Part shown: positions 9,534 through 18,389 of the stretch, in pieces
Numbering within the stretch: position 1 is the first letter of the stretch
How the letters are laid out: every line of letters begins with the position of its first letter
Position numbers and translations under genes: made by a program
The notes under the pieces: generated by a model
The model's database searches: none
Told to the model about the DNA's origin: nothing
Seen by the model: the letters and a program-made list of their open reading frames with translations, nothing else
From: an uncultured Gammaproteobacteria bacterium
GTDB taxonomy: Bacteria; Patescibacteriota; Patescibacteriia; Magasanikbacterales; UBA922
Length of the DNA stretch: 64,000 nt
Reading direction: 5' to 3'
Assembly: GCA_965231005.1 (NCBI GenBank)
Contig: OZ246405.1
Span: 39,204 to 103,203 of the forward strand

Positions 9534-10202
9534 TTATATGTATTCCAATCCATCTGTTTTCTGGCATATGTGATCAAAGACGTCTTCTGGAATGTTCTCA
9601 TATTTTTCAAGAGAAATCATTTTTTTTGCCTGTTGTATCCAAGCAGCGTCATAACTCATGGCATTTTCAATATCTCTTAATTCATTCTTTAATTTATCAA
9701 CAGCATCTTTTGAAAAAAATAGTCCCCAACATTCTTGCTTTGCAATGTCTGCATGCTTCAAAACTCTTTCGTGTACATCTTTTTCTATTATAAGTTCCTC
9801 AATATGATCTTCAGTATTGTCAATCAATTCTTGGTGCTCTGAAATTGCTGATTCTTTTTCAATAACCATTTTTGCCAGAATAAACTGCCTTTTTTCTTCT
9901 TCTGTTTTTGGTGAATAATAATTATCTAGTGCCTCTTCGTATGCAAGACCAGCATACTCAAGTAATTCTACATCTGATTCTCTAAGCATAAACAATTCAA
10001 TCTGATGAACTGATTCTGCAGAACCTTGGTGTGCCCACTGATGCAACATACCTCGAATTGTGTCGGTTGTAGTTGAGTTATTAGAGGTATGATTTTCTCG
10101 TATACTATCTGATTTTTCTGTAGAGAAAGAAGCTGGTGTGTCTTGGATGAGATCTTTTGTGAGAAAAGAATGTTGAGATGTGTATATAATATTTCCCCCC
10201 AT
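9534..10202 (-). CDS. hypothetical protein (acidic, helical) within the polysaccharide cluster
   Basis: 222-aa ORF with no motif recognised. Confidence 0.4.
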   Translation of the reverse strand: MGGNIIYTSQHSFLTKDLIQDTPASFSTEKSDSIRENHTSNNSTTTDTIRGMLHQWAHQGSAESVHQIELFMLRESDVELLEYAGLAYEEALDNYYSPKTEEEKRQFILAKMVIEKESAISEHQELIDNTEDHIEELIIEKDVHERVLKHADIAKQECWGLFFSKDAVDKLKNELRDIENAMSYDAAWIQQAKKMISLEKYENIPEDVFDHICQKTDGLEYI

Positions 10203-10314
10203 ATAATTATTGTTATGAATACTATATCTAACTTACCAAAGAGGAAAAAACATGCAAAAAAATAGCCGAAAAAGGGCCATTTTTATCACTTTTGTTTAAT
10301 TTTATATATAAAAC

Positions 10315-11442
10315 CTACTTCTGAGCCACATCAGTAAGCAAGGAGAAAAAATCGGCTGCAGCATTATTCCAATTAAACTTCTTTGCCTGATCCAAACCTT
10401 TTTCGATGTATGTTTGTCTTACCTCCTTATCTGATGCGAGCAATTCCATACCCTGAATGATCTCTGAAATATTATATGGATTCACCAAATACGCAGCTGG
10501 ACCAACGACTTCTGGAAGCGACGAAAGATGACTGGTAATAACTGGTGTGCCTGCAGCCATTGACTCAAGAACTGGAAAACCAAATCCTTCATACAAACTT
10601 GGAAATACAAATACACTTGCAAGTGAGTAAAGCGTTTGTTTTTCTTCCTCAGTAACAAAACCGACGTAACGAATCCCAGGAGCAACACATGCTCGACGAA
10701 TAATATGTTTGCACTTCCATCCTTTTGGTCCTGCAATAATAAGTTCATACCCTTTACTCCTGAGCGAGCTCTGCTCAAATGCTTGAATTGCACCCAACAT
10801 ATTTTTTCTTGGTTCAACTGTTCCTAAAAAGAGAATAAATTTTTCAGGAAGATTATATTTTTGAATGCACTGTGATTTGTCAGACGTATCAATATCTTGC
10901 ACTGACATACCTGGTTGAACAACTGAAATTTTTTCTGAATCAATGTCAAAATAATCAATAAGATCATGTTTTGTATGAGCACTCGGAACAATAATATGAT
11001 GTGCGTTTTGACATTGTTGTTTTGGTCTTACCATTTTGTGCCACAGCAATCTTTTTTTAGAAAAAAATTCTGGAAAAAGTTCGAATGACAAATCATGAAT
11101 AGTAAGGACATGTTTTGTATTGGAAGAAAATGATGTGAAATGTAAATTTGGAGAAAAAAATAAATCAAATTCCTTTTTCATTATATTGTTGATCCGAGGT
11201 CTTTGAAACAATACCATTGAAGAATGTAGGATCTTGTTTGGAAATCGTGATGCAACAATATGAACATTGTCTTGCAAAAAATTTGGAATATATTCAGATA
11301 CATTTTTAAACGAATTATAGAAAAGATAATAATTATTTTTTTTATCAAGCGCAAACAAGGACTGTAATAGTCCCTGTGTATATTGTCCCACACCTGTTTT
11401 ATGTGGTGTTGCAAGACATCGTATGTCAATCCCGATGTTCAT
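10315..11442 (-). CDS. glycosyltransferase family 4
   Basis: PSLYEGFGFPVLESMAAGTPVITS motif. Confidence 0.8.
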   Translation of the reverse strand: MNIGIDIRCLATPHKTGVGQYTQGLLQSLFALDKKNNYYLFYNSFKNVSEYIPNFLQDNVHIVASRFPNKILHSSMVLFQRPRINNIMKKEFDLFFSPNLHFTSFSSNTKHVLTIHDLSFELFPEFFSKKRLLWHKMVRPKQQCQNAHHIIVPSAHTKHDLIDYFDIDSEKISVVQPGMSVQDIDTSDKSQCIQKYNLPEKFILFLGTVEPRKNMLGAIQAFEQSSLRSKGYELIIAGPKGWKCKHIIRRACVAPGIRYVGFVTEEEKQTLYSLASVFVFPSLYEGFGFPVLESMAAGTPVITSHLSSLPEVVGPAAYLVNPYNISEIIQGMELLASDKEVRQTYIEKGLDQAKKFNWNNAAADFFSLLTDVAQK

Positions 11443-11611
11443 ATTATAGGACTTATCTTAAAGGTGATTTTGTATCAGTTTTAGATCAGTTTTGAGTGAA
11501 AAAAACGAAGATTGAGGAATGATACCCGGTGGTATCACGACGAAATATGAGTTTTTTGCAGCCAACACTGGCTGAAAATGAGTCATGAATCACTTTTAAG
11601 ATAAGTTCTAT

Positions 11612-12742
11612 CTATCTATAAGAAATATCTAGTGCGCATTGGTTTAATCCTTGTTTAAACTCTTCATATCTGTGGTGAACATATTGTTGCATACGTGTAC
11701 GAAATGCATGTTCATCATATCGCGAAGCCCACTGACGAATTTCATGAGGATTCCATGCCTGAGCATCAAAATTAAGAAGAGCATCTAAAAGTGCTTCCCA
11801 TGTTTGTTCATAAAACAATATTCCTGTCTTCCCTGGAATAACTGTTTCTGTTGCTCCGCCAACACCATACGCAATAACAGGACGACCACAGGCCATGGAC
11901 TCAATTGGTGTAATGCCAAAATCTTCAACTTGTGGATGGATAAATGCTTTTGCACGACTGAGCAATTTTACTTTTCCTTTTTCATCAACACGCCCAAGAA
12001 ATTGAATATTGCTTTTCGCTTTCTTTTTTAAGCGCTCAAGTTCTGGTCCATCACCAAAAATTTTTAAATTCCAGCCAAGTCGATTGAACACATGCACTGC
12101 AAGATCAAATCGTTTATATGGAACAAGGCGTCCACCAGTAACAAAATAATTTCCAATGTTTGGTGCTATTGAAAAATCAGAAATAGTAATTGGAGGATAA
12201 ACAATATCACTTTCACGACGATAATACTTTTGGATCCGTTGACGTACGGTTTGGGAATTTGCAATAAAGTGGTCAACTCTGTCTGTGCTCATTTTATCCC
12301 ACAGCCGCAATTTATAAATAAGACGTGGCAAAAATGCTTTAATTGCTCTGTTGTATTTTAAGTCTGCAATATATTTGTGTGTGTCAGTCCACAGATATCG
12401 TGTTGGGGTGTGGCAGTATGAAATATGCAATGTTTCCGGACGAGTAAGGACCCCTTTTGCAAATGCACTTGTAGAAGAAACCACTATGTCAAACTCATCT
12501 AAATTATGACGCTCTGTTGCCAGAGGCATAAGTGGTAAATACCATTGGTAGCGTGTTTTTCCAAATGGAAGTCGTCGAATAAATGATTGACGAACTTTTT
12601 TTTCAGAAAATTGAGGAAGTTTTTTCTTGTCATGAAAAAGGACAAAAATTGGCGCATCTGGCCAAATTTCTTGAAACGCTTGAAGCACACGCTCAGCTCC
12701 TCCATCTTGTGACAAATAGTCATGTACAAGTGCAACTTTCAT
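11612..12742 (-). CDS. glycosyltransferase family 4
   Basis: EDFGITPIESMACGRPVIAYGVGG motif. Confidence 0.8.
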   Translation of the reverse strand: MKVALVHDYLSQDGGAERVLQAFQEIWPDAPIFVLFHDKKKLPQFSEKKVRQSFIRRLPFGKTRYQWYLPLMPLATERHNLDEFDIVVSSTSAFAKGVLTRPETLHISYCHTPTRYLWTDTHKYIADLKYNRAIKAFLPRLIYKLRLWDKMSTDRVDHFIANSQTVRQRIQKYYRRESDIVYPPITISDFSIAPNIGNYFVTGGRLVPYKRFDLAVHVFNRLGWNLKIFGDGPELERLKKKAKSNIQFLGRVDEKGKVKLLSRAKAFIHPQVEDFGITPIESMACGRPVIAYGVGGATETVIPGKTGILFYEQTWEALLDALLNFDAQAWNPHEIRQWASRYDEHAFRTRMQQYVHHRYEEFKQGLNQCALDISYR

Positions 12743-12744
12743 AT

Positions 12745-14163
12745 TTACTCAACTTTCCTTTTTTTCAACAGGATGAAGGGGGTTTTTAAAAAAATAATAA
12801 TATCGAGTGCAAGATTCCACCGTTCAATATATAAAATATCTAATTTCATTTCTTCTTCAAATGATAAATCACTTCGGCCAGAAATTTGTGCAAGTCCAGT
12901 AATACCAGGCTTAAGTGTAAATACATGCGGATACTTATCTTTGTATTGATTTACCTCTCGTGGCTGATGAGGACGAGGACCGACAACACTCATTGATCCA
13001 CCTAGAACATTGAAAAATTGTGGCAATTCATCAATGCTCCAGCGCCGCATAAACCGACCAAACCCTGTAACGCGAGGATCATTTCCTATTTTATAAATAG
13101 GGCCCTTGCGTGTATTTGATTTTTTAATAAGTTCTTGTTCTTTTTTTTCTGCTTCAGCTCCAGCTTTTCCAAATTGTTTTCCAGTAGAGAATTTTTTAAA
13201 CATGGAACGAAACTTGAGTGTATAAAATATTCTCCCACGAAGTCCAACTCGTTCATTTTTGTAAATAATTGGAAATCCAGTTTCAAACAAAATAATAATA
13301 CTGCTGAGTACAGTAATTGGGCTTGTAATAACAATGACAAACATACTTAAGACAATATCGAGCAAGCGTTTAATAACTCTTCCCCACGCGCCAAGTGATG
13401 TGCGTCGAAGTTCTACAATTGGCACACCACCAACAGGGTGAATGATCATGTTGCTTGAATATGTTGCAAATACATCTGCTGAATATTTAAATGTAACATG
13501 AAGCCGATCGCATGCTTCAATTGCCCGTAAAGCCTCTTTTTCATGTGCACGAGGATTTGCGAAGATCATTTCATCGATCTTGGTTTTTTTCATTTTGTTT
13601 TCAGCGTCTTCATTAAATGTTTTATATGTTCCAATGACTTTGAATCCGAGCTCTTTTCTTTTTGAAAGTGTTTGTTCAATTGTTTTTGCAACACTGTCAG
13701 ATCCAATAATAATAACGCGACGAAGACCAATACCCATGCGATACATAAGTCCTTTTAATCCTCGAATAAGAATTCTTCCAAAACTTACATACACAATAGA
13801 AAGAACCCAACCAACAGCAACAAGAAAACGAGAGTCAAACAATTCTTGTGTAAACATGATGTAGACTGCAACAGCACCAAGCCCTGCTGAGCATGCAAAT
13901 AAAATGCGTGTAAGATCATGACTCAATTTTCTGTTTGGATCAGGACGGTAGAGTCCAATGAGGGCAAACAACACAAGCCAGCTTAGTGCTACCCACGATG
14001 CAATCGATGTAAAATCAAAAAGACTCAAATCAAATAACACTGGTTTGAGTGAGACTGCCCAATCTGAAAAACGAAGTGCATATGCTGTAACTGCAGCTGC
14101 CACGAGCATGAAATAATCAACTGGAACCTGCAAAATCATCAATAAAATTTCAGAACGTTTCAT
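12745..14163 (-). CDS. polyprenyl-phosphate sugar phosphotransferase (WbaP/bacterial sugar transferase family; priming enzyme)
   Basis: N-terminal TM helices; C-terminal [18 protein letters not shown] ... [21 protein letters not shown] signature. Confidence 0.8.
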   Translation of the reverse strand: MKRSEILLMILQVPVDYFMLVAAAVTAYALRFSDWAVSLKPVLFDLSLFDFTSIASWVALSWLVLFALIGLYRPDPNRKLSHDLTRILFACSAGLGAVAVYIMFTQELFDSRFLVAVGWVLSIVYVSFGRILIRGLKGLMYRMGIGLRRVIIIGSDSVAKTIEQTLSKRKELGFKVIGTYKTFNEDAENKMKKTKIDEMIFANPRAHEKEALRAIEACDRLHVTFKYSADVFATYSSNMIIHPVGGVPIVELRRTSLGAWGRVIKRLLDIVLSMFVIVITSPITVLSSIIILFETGFPIIYKNERVGLRGRIFYTLKFRSMFKKFSTGKQFGKAGAEAEKKEQELIKKSNTRKGPIYKIGNDPRVTGFGRFMRRWSIDELPQFFNVLGGSMSVVGPRPHQPREVNQYKDKYPHVFTLKPGITGLAQISGRSDLSFEEEMKLDILYIERWNLALDIIIFLKTPFILLKKRKVE

Positions 14164-14232
14164 AGAGAATCAATAATATAATTATGTTTATTTTACGCAA
14201 AAAAATGACTTTGGTCAACACAGTAACCCACC

Positions 14233-14261
14233 TTGACAAAAGGTATAAACTATGGTATATT
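14233..14261 (+). promoter_or_regulatory. sigma70-like promoter of rnpB (TTGACA-17nt-TATATT)
   Basis: Consensus -35 hexamer at 14233-14238, 17-nt spacer, -10 at 14256-14261. Confidence 0.55.
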
Positions 14262-14267
14262 CTTATG

Positions 14268-14672
14268 GTCTTGTTCATTACAGATGATCGATTTGGCCTC
14301 TGGCCAGATAGGAAAGTCCGAACTCTTCTCAATTTTATTGAGGTCGTGGAAGTGGGTAACACCCACCCACTGCATTGTGAAATGTATGTGAGGGACAGTG
14401 CCGCAGAGACAATACTAGTCCCGTCGCTCGTGAGCGACAGGACAAAAGGTGAAAAGTGTATAGAGGTTTTTGATCTCGAGTCAAAAGTTACTATACTCTA
14501 TCCTGTGGTGACACAGGTTAGTGGTAAACCCTTCCTAGAGAAAGAGCAGCGTTTTCCGTTTACGGGATTCGAAAAGTTAGCTCGTTACAGGTGTTTGGTA
14601 ACAAACATCGCAGAGAAATGATCATCACCCGCAAGGGTACAAAATTCGGCTTACGTAGTGGACAAGACAACA
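14268..14672 (+). ncRNA. rnpB: RNase P RNA (bacterial type A)
   Basis: P4 strands AGGAAAGTCCGAAC and ACAAAATTCGGCTTA show compensatory CCGAA/TTCGG changes relative to the E. coli GUCCGGGC/CCCGGCUUA. GGTAACACCCACC and CAGTGCCGCAGAGACAA match conserved RNase P blocks. P1 pairing GTCTTGTTCATTAC with GTAGTGGACAAGAC. Confidence 0.75.
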
Positions 14673-14675
14673 AAA

Positions 14676-14700
14676 AAACACCATGATTGGTGTTTTTTTG
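14676..14700 (+). terminator. intrinsic terminator of rnpB (AACACCA-tgat-TGGTGTT then T7)
   Basis: Hairpin and U-run read directly. Confidence 0.55.
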
Positions 14701-14781
14701 ATACCCTCCGAACTTCACAGTTGCGTAGCCCGAAGGGCACACATTTGTTTGGTTCGGAGTTTGTTCTCCTAGTTCTTGCAG

Positions 14782-15399
14782 CTAGGCTGCGGTGGGCTCG
14801 GACGCGACGTGGTCCTTGCAGACCGGGCAGGCTTCGTCGGTGTAGCCGTTGCTACTGCAGTGATTGCATCGGTCAAAGGTTCCTCCTCTGCTGTGCTTCT
14901 CCAGACCGCTACCACCACAGGGCTCGCACTTCTTTTTGCGGATGTTCTTGCATGCCATGCAATAAAGCTCGGCACTCACATGCTCTGCGCTGATGGTCCA
15001 GCCGTTTTTCTCGAGCCTTGCGACCACGGAGTGACGCGTCGAACACGTGTTCTTGTCGAGCATGCCATGATGACCGCCGTACGAGTAGCGCTGCATCTTG
15101 ATGGTTGCCATGTCCCAGGCAGACCTTTCAATATAGACCCTTGCCTCGAAGAAGATGTGGTACCGATCGCCATCACTGCCGGCATAGCCGAGGACGCACG
15201 AAAAGTTCCGCAGTTCTCCGTCTGGAGCACCATCGAAGTCAGGCCGACCCCACCAGGCCGCAAGACCGAAGTCTGCGTCGGTGTAGATCCTGCCGTGAAT
15301 CGCAGCGAACTCCTTGACTGCTGCGATCGCGATCGGGATCATTTGCAGACAAAAAGCCAGTCCTTGTGTGACTTTCAGGTCTTTTCCTTTCTTTGCCAT
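14782..15399 (-). CDS. hypothetical protein with C-terminal multi-CxxC zinc-ribbon region; strongly GC-atypical (~57-60% GC)
   Basis: The minus frame gives a non-repetitive protein with RBS gggggaaacaATG (start MAKKGKD). The opposite-strand ORF 14776-15456 is Ala/Val/Arg-rich low complexity typical of an antisense frame in GC-rich DNA. Confidence 0.45.
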   Translation of the reverse strand: MAKKGKDLKVTQGLAFCLQMIPIAIAAVKEFAAIHGRIYTDADFGLAAWWGRPDFDGAPDGELRNFSCVLGYAGSDGDRYHIFFEARVYIERSAWDMATIKMQRYSYGGHHGMLDKNTCSTRHSVVARLEKNGWTISAEHVSAELYCMACKNIRKKKCEPCGGSGLEKHSRGGTFDRCNHCSSNGYTDEACPVCKDHVASEPTAA

Positions 15400-15595
15400 T
15401 GTTTCCCCCATCTGAAGGGAACTCCTGGACAACATGTCCACGAGGCTGCCATCTGAGCAGCGCCCTACTTCTCACATTTGAGAGTTAAAGCGCTACTGAG
15501 ATGGATACTTGATCCTAGTATATATTGAAACATTTGTCAAGTATAGACCAAAAAACAGCCCAAAGGCTGTTTTTTTGTAAAAAAATTAAATTTTT

Positions 15596-16390
15596 TTAAT
15601 CCAAAAAATAATCCTTTTCAAGCTGCTGCACTACAGAGCCTGGTATAGTTTTTTCTAGTGAAAGTGGACTATCTCTGTGATAAAACACCTCCACAAAAAT
15701 TTCTAAAGCATCAGAGGTTCTTTCAATCTTCTCTTCACCCTCAACAGCCTCCCCCATTTCAAATAACTGCTCACTAGACTCACTTCTATCTGGATCTGTT
15801 GCTCGAGTTTGAAGTAATTCTGCAAAGGCAGAACGGACAGATTGCAAAAACTCTGGAGTGCGCAAATCATCTACTAATTTTTCTTTTCTTTCTGATGCAT
15901 CTTTTTTCATCTTATCAACATATTCTTTTGGCATTGCCTGAAAAGCAACTGCATATTCAGATTTTGGCTCACTTGAGCTAACCGCATCTATGGCAGCCTC
16001 CATTCCATGCTTGTCACGCATATGAAAAGCACCCAATTCATTACCAACACCATGACTGTCAGTTGTAATACCATGCATCCCCATAACAGCCATGATTGTA
16101 TTCTCTTCTGCGCGAGTTAAATCTCTACCTGGCGTGTTTGCGATCGCTTGTAAAAGTTCAGCAGATCTTTCACTGCTAAATTCTGGCTTGTCAGACCCCT
16201 GCTCCCAGGACAATGGATTTTCAACCAGCCACTGAACATGTCCTAAAACTCTGCCTGCTTCTCCAAAAGCTGCGGCCTCGTCTGGTTCTAAATTTTTAGG
16301 CATGAAAGGACCAGCTTTTAGAACTTTTTCATATATTCCCTCACTTGTCTCTTCCTGAGGAGGATGATGCCTGTCTCTTTTACTATCCAT
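15596..16390 (-). CDS. hypothetical protein (acidic, 264 aa) in the GC-atypical island
   Basis: ORF only. Confidence 0.4.
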   Translation of the reverse strand: MDSKRDRHHPPQEETSEGIYEKVLKAGPFMPKNLEPDEAAAFGEAGRVLGHVQWLVENPLSWEQGSDKPEFSSERSAELLQAIANTPGRDLTRAEENTIMAVMGMHGITTDSHGVGNELGAFHMRDKHGMEAAIDAVSSSEPKSEYAVAFQAMPKEYVDKMKKDASERKEKLVDDLRTPEFLQSVRSAFAELLQTRATDPDRSESSEQLFEMGEAVEGEEKIERTSDALEIFVEVFYHRDSPLSLEKTIPGSVVQQLEKDYFLD

Positions 16391-16548
16391 ATTAAAATTT
16401 TGTTATTATTAAAATGTAGTGTAAAGCTTTTTCAAATAAAAGACAAATTTGAATTTAAGATCAAAAAAACTCGTCTTCGCCATAGGCTACGCCGAGTAAA
16501 CTCTTTCATTCGATAAATCCTCTTGTAGAGTTTACTTGGCGGAGTCCT

Positions 16549-16612
16549 GCCTGCCGGTCCGATGCGCAAGCGATACGGACTCCGTACCTTGCGTCGGAGC
16601 AGGCAGGCCGAA
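16549..16612. repeat. split or degenerate copy of the GC palindrome: CCTGCCTGCCGG + 41-bp imperfect palindrome + GCAGGCAGG
   Basis: Halves of CCTGCCTGCCGGCAGGCAGG separated by tccgatgcgcaagcgatacggactccgtaccttgcgtcgga. Confidence 0.45.
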
Positions 16613-16744
16613 GGACGTAGACAAGTTCTTTTGATCTATCCCGAGCCGCACAGTTGCAGAGCTTTCGTCCGGAGGGACGATCGTTGCAGGGTAGTACGAG
16701 TCGGGTGACAGGCATATATGACAAGAACATTTGAGGAGGGTATT

Positions 16745-17149
16745 CTAGGACAGCCTAGGCTTGAGTCCATTTGTAACAGCGATCCGAAACAGATCTGCAC
16801 GAGTACTAACACCCAGACGTCTACTGATCTCCCTTGAATGTGATTCGACTGTCCGGTGGCTCACACCAAGAATTTCTCCTACTTCGCCACACGTATGACC
16901 ACTAATGATCCATGACAAAACTTCGAGCTGTCGTTTTGTCAGAGACTTGAGAGGACCTCTAGCAACAATCTGTGACATAGGACCTGAAGCAGGCTGAACT
17001 ACTCTGCTGGCGAACCTGAGTGACACACCACCAGATCTATTTCTTGAAACCTCAATTGAGAGAATAACCTTCTGACCTTCTTCCGGAATATCCAGCTCAA
17101 AGGAGTCAGCAGCGACTTTCACAGAAATTGTCTTTGTTTTAGGAGCCAT
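16745..17149 (-). CDS. LuxR/GerE-family HTH transcriptional regulator
   Basis: C-terminal LTKRQLEVLSWIISGHTCGEVGEILGVSHRTVESHSREISRRLGV is a LuxR-type HTH; GC ~50%. Confidence 0.7.
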   Translation of the reverse strand: MAPKTKTISVKVAADSFELDIPEEGQKVILSIEVSRNRSGGVSLRFASRVVQPASGPMSQIVARGPLKSLTKRQLEVLSWIISGHTCGEVGEILGVSHRTVESHSREISRRLGVSTRADLFRIAVTNGLKPRLS

Positions 17150-17205
17150 GCTACCTCCTTGTTCTTGTGTAGCCTGTTTATATCAGCAAACGCTTAGTTT
17201 GTCAA

Positions 17206-17232
17206 TTCAAAAACCCGGCTTTTCACCGGGTC
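17206..17232 (-). terminator. intrinsic terminator (CCCGGTG-aaaa-GCCGGG then T5 on the minus strand)
   Basis: The reverse complement reads cccggtgaaaagccgggttttt. Confidence 0.5.
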
Positions 17233-17239
17233 TTTTCTG

Positions 17240-17328
17240 TGCTCAGGAGAGGACTTGAACCTCCACAGGAAAAAATTCCCACAAGGCCCTCAACCTTGCG
17301 CGCCTGCCTGCCGGCAGGCAGGTCTACC
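17240..17328 (-). pseudogene. 3' portion of a degenerate tRNA-Leu(GAG) paralog (D-loop GGTAGAC to acceptor end), interrupted by the 20-bp GC palindrome
   Basis: Minus strand reads GGTAGAC-[CCTGCCTGCCGGCAGGCAGG]-CGCGC AAGG TTGAGGG CCTTG ... GGAGGTTCAAGTCCTCTCC TGAGCA. The T-arm and anticodon loop are identical to the intact tRNA-Leu at 18199-18285. Confidence 0.5.
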
Positions 17329-17574
17329 AAATCTGTTTAATAAAGTTATTTTTATCCATTCCTTCCCTGATCCAGACTTTAGATATTTCTCCCGTTTTCT
17401 AGCTTCAATTCTTGTCGAATATTTTTCGTAATATATCAAAAGAAAAGGTCTGTAAAAACGTGTCACTCTTTCTTTTCCACGCTCATGTTCTAAAACCCGT
17501 CGCTCAAGGTCATTCGTTAGACCAACATAAATATAATTCTTTTGAAGACTTTTTAATACATACACATGGTACAT
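17290..17574 (-). CDS. GIY-YIG nuclease family protein
   Basis: YVYVLKS...YIYVGLTNDLERRVLEH GIY-YIG motif. The last ~8 codons (PACRQAGAQG) are encoded by the GC palindrome and tRNA fragment. Confidence 0.7.
   Translation of the reverse strand: MYHVYVLKSLQKNYIYVGLTNDLERRVLEHERGKERVTRFYRPFLLIYYEKYSTRIEARKREKYLKSGSGKEWIKITLLNRFGRPACRQAGAQG
17303..17322. repeat. perfect 20-bp palindrome CCTGCCTGCCGGCAGGCAGG (copy 1)
   Basis: Exact self-complementary 20-mer. Identical copies at 18312-18331 and 52500-52519. Confidence 0.8.
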
Positions 17575-17627
17575 ATTCCACTCCTTAATTCACTGTGCGG
17601 AGTTAAGGACCAGATTGCAACCTTAAT

Positions 17628-18197
17628 CTACTTTTCAACCTGATAACCATGCAGGAGAGGACGATCCGGTCGAGGGATGAGCCATTTAATATTTGTCTTT
17701 TGTAGCCTTATCGCTCGTATTTCTTCCAAAGAACTCCATGCAGTAAGCAATTGGTCTGATGCTCCTTCCACGTATAATCCAAAGATGTATGAATGATCTG
17801 CAAGAGCTCCAAGCCTAGTAACCATTGCAGTAGAAATCTGATCCGAGCAAGTGTCTTTCGTTTTTCCACCAAGACTCACAAGTCCACTACCAGACTCTTC
17901 TCCAGAATAACTAAGTCCAGTTATATTTAAATCAAAATCTCTACAGAGTATTGTAAAAAATTCCGAATGTGAAGAAAGTGATTTGTTCAGTGCTATCCCA
18001 GCCCTAAGAGTAGTCCCGATACTATCACCAGAAGCGTCTTGTATCTCTTTCCTCATCTCCTCGATCGCTTCTTTATCTTGATCTGCTATTGACTGAGGTT
18101 CAACTGAGAAAATGGCACATCCAGACAAAAAGAAAATAACTAAAATAAGGCCGCAAAGAGCAGTAACAGATGAAATTTTCTTGGCTTGTAATAACAT
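17628..18197 (-). CDS. putative lipoprotein
   Basis: Signal peptide with lipobox LSGCAI; 189 aa; start codon directly abuts the tRNA-Leu 3' end. Confidence 0.5.
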   Translation of the reverse strand: MLLQAKKISSVTALCGLILVIFFLSGCAIFSVEPQSIADQDKEAIEEMRKEIQDASGDSIGTTLRAGIALNKSLSSHSEFFTILCRDFDLNITGLSYSGEESGSGLVSLGGKTKDTCSDQISTAMVTRLGALADHSYIFGLYVEGASDQLLTAWSSLEEIRAIRLQKTNIKWLIPRPDRPLLHGYQVEK

Positions 18198-18198
18198 G

Positions 18199-18285
18199 TG
18201 CGCAGGAGAGGACTTGAACCTCCACCCTGTATAACCAGGACCAGGCCCTCAACCTGGCGCGTCTACCGATTCCGCCACCTGCGCG
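18199..18285 (-). tRNA. tRNA-Leu (anticodon GAG), class II with long variable arm
   Basis: The minus strand reads GCGCAGG TG GCGG AATCGGTAGA CGCG CCAGG TTGAGGG CCTGG TCCTGGTTATACAGGGT GGAGG TTCAAGT CCTCT CCTGCGC A. All four stems pair. No encoded CCA. Confidence 0.85.
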
Positions 18286-18306
18286 TGTTTTGAATATTTT
18301 TTATTT

Positions 18307-18384
18307 TTAAATGTTGCGCGCCTGCCTGCCGGCAGGCAGGTCTACCAATGGAGTTTACCTGCCGGAGCTTTAGCGTAGGCAGGC
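18307..18384 (-). pseudogene. 5' portion of the degenerate tRNA-Leu paralog (acceptor GCTCAGG through the D-arm), containing two GC-palindrome-type insertions
   Basis: The minus strand reads GCTCAGG TG GC[CTGCCTACGCTAAAGCTCCGGCAGG]TAAACTCCATT GGTAGAC[CCTGCCTGCCGGCAGGCAGG]CGCGC. Acceptor GCTCAGG is complementary to CCTGAGC at 17241-17247. Confidence 0.45.
18312..18331. repeat. perfect 20-bp palindrome CCTGCCTGCCGGCAGGCAGG (copy 2); part of the 31-bp direct repeat GGTAGAC-palindrome-CGCGC shared with 17298-17328
   Basis: Exact match. Confidence 0.8.
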
Positions 18385-18389
18385 CACCT

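Noticed and set aside
14184-14742. ORFs 14184-14621(+) and 14560-14742(-)
   Set aside because: They lie entirely within the RNase P RNA gene and its terminator.
14776-15456. Plus-strand 226-aa ORF opposite the 14782-15399 gene
   Set aside because: It is Ala/Val/Arg/Gly-rich low-complexity translation typical of an antisense frame in GC-rich DNA and has no RBS. The minus-strand frame has an RBS and a Cys-ribbon architecture. The strand assignment is still uncertain.
17290-17574. GIY-YIG gene as a group I intron-encoded homing endonuclease within a tRNA
   Set aside because: There are no group I intron structural elements (P, Q, R, S, the G-binding site). The interruption is at the D-arm rather than the anticodon loop. 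An insertion or recombination footprint fits the sequence better.
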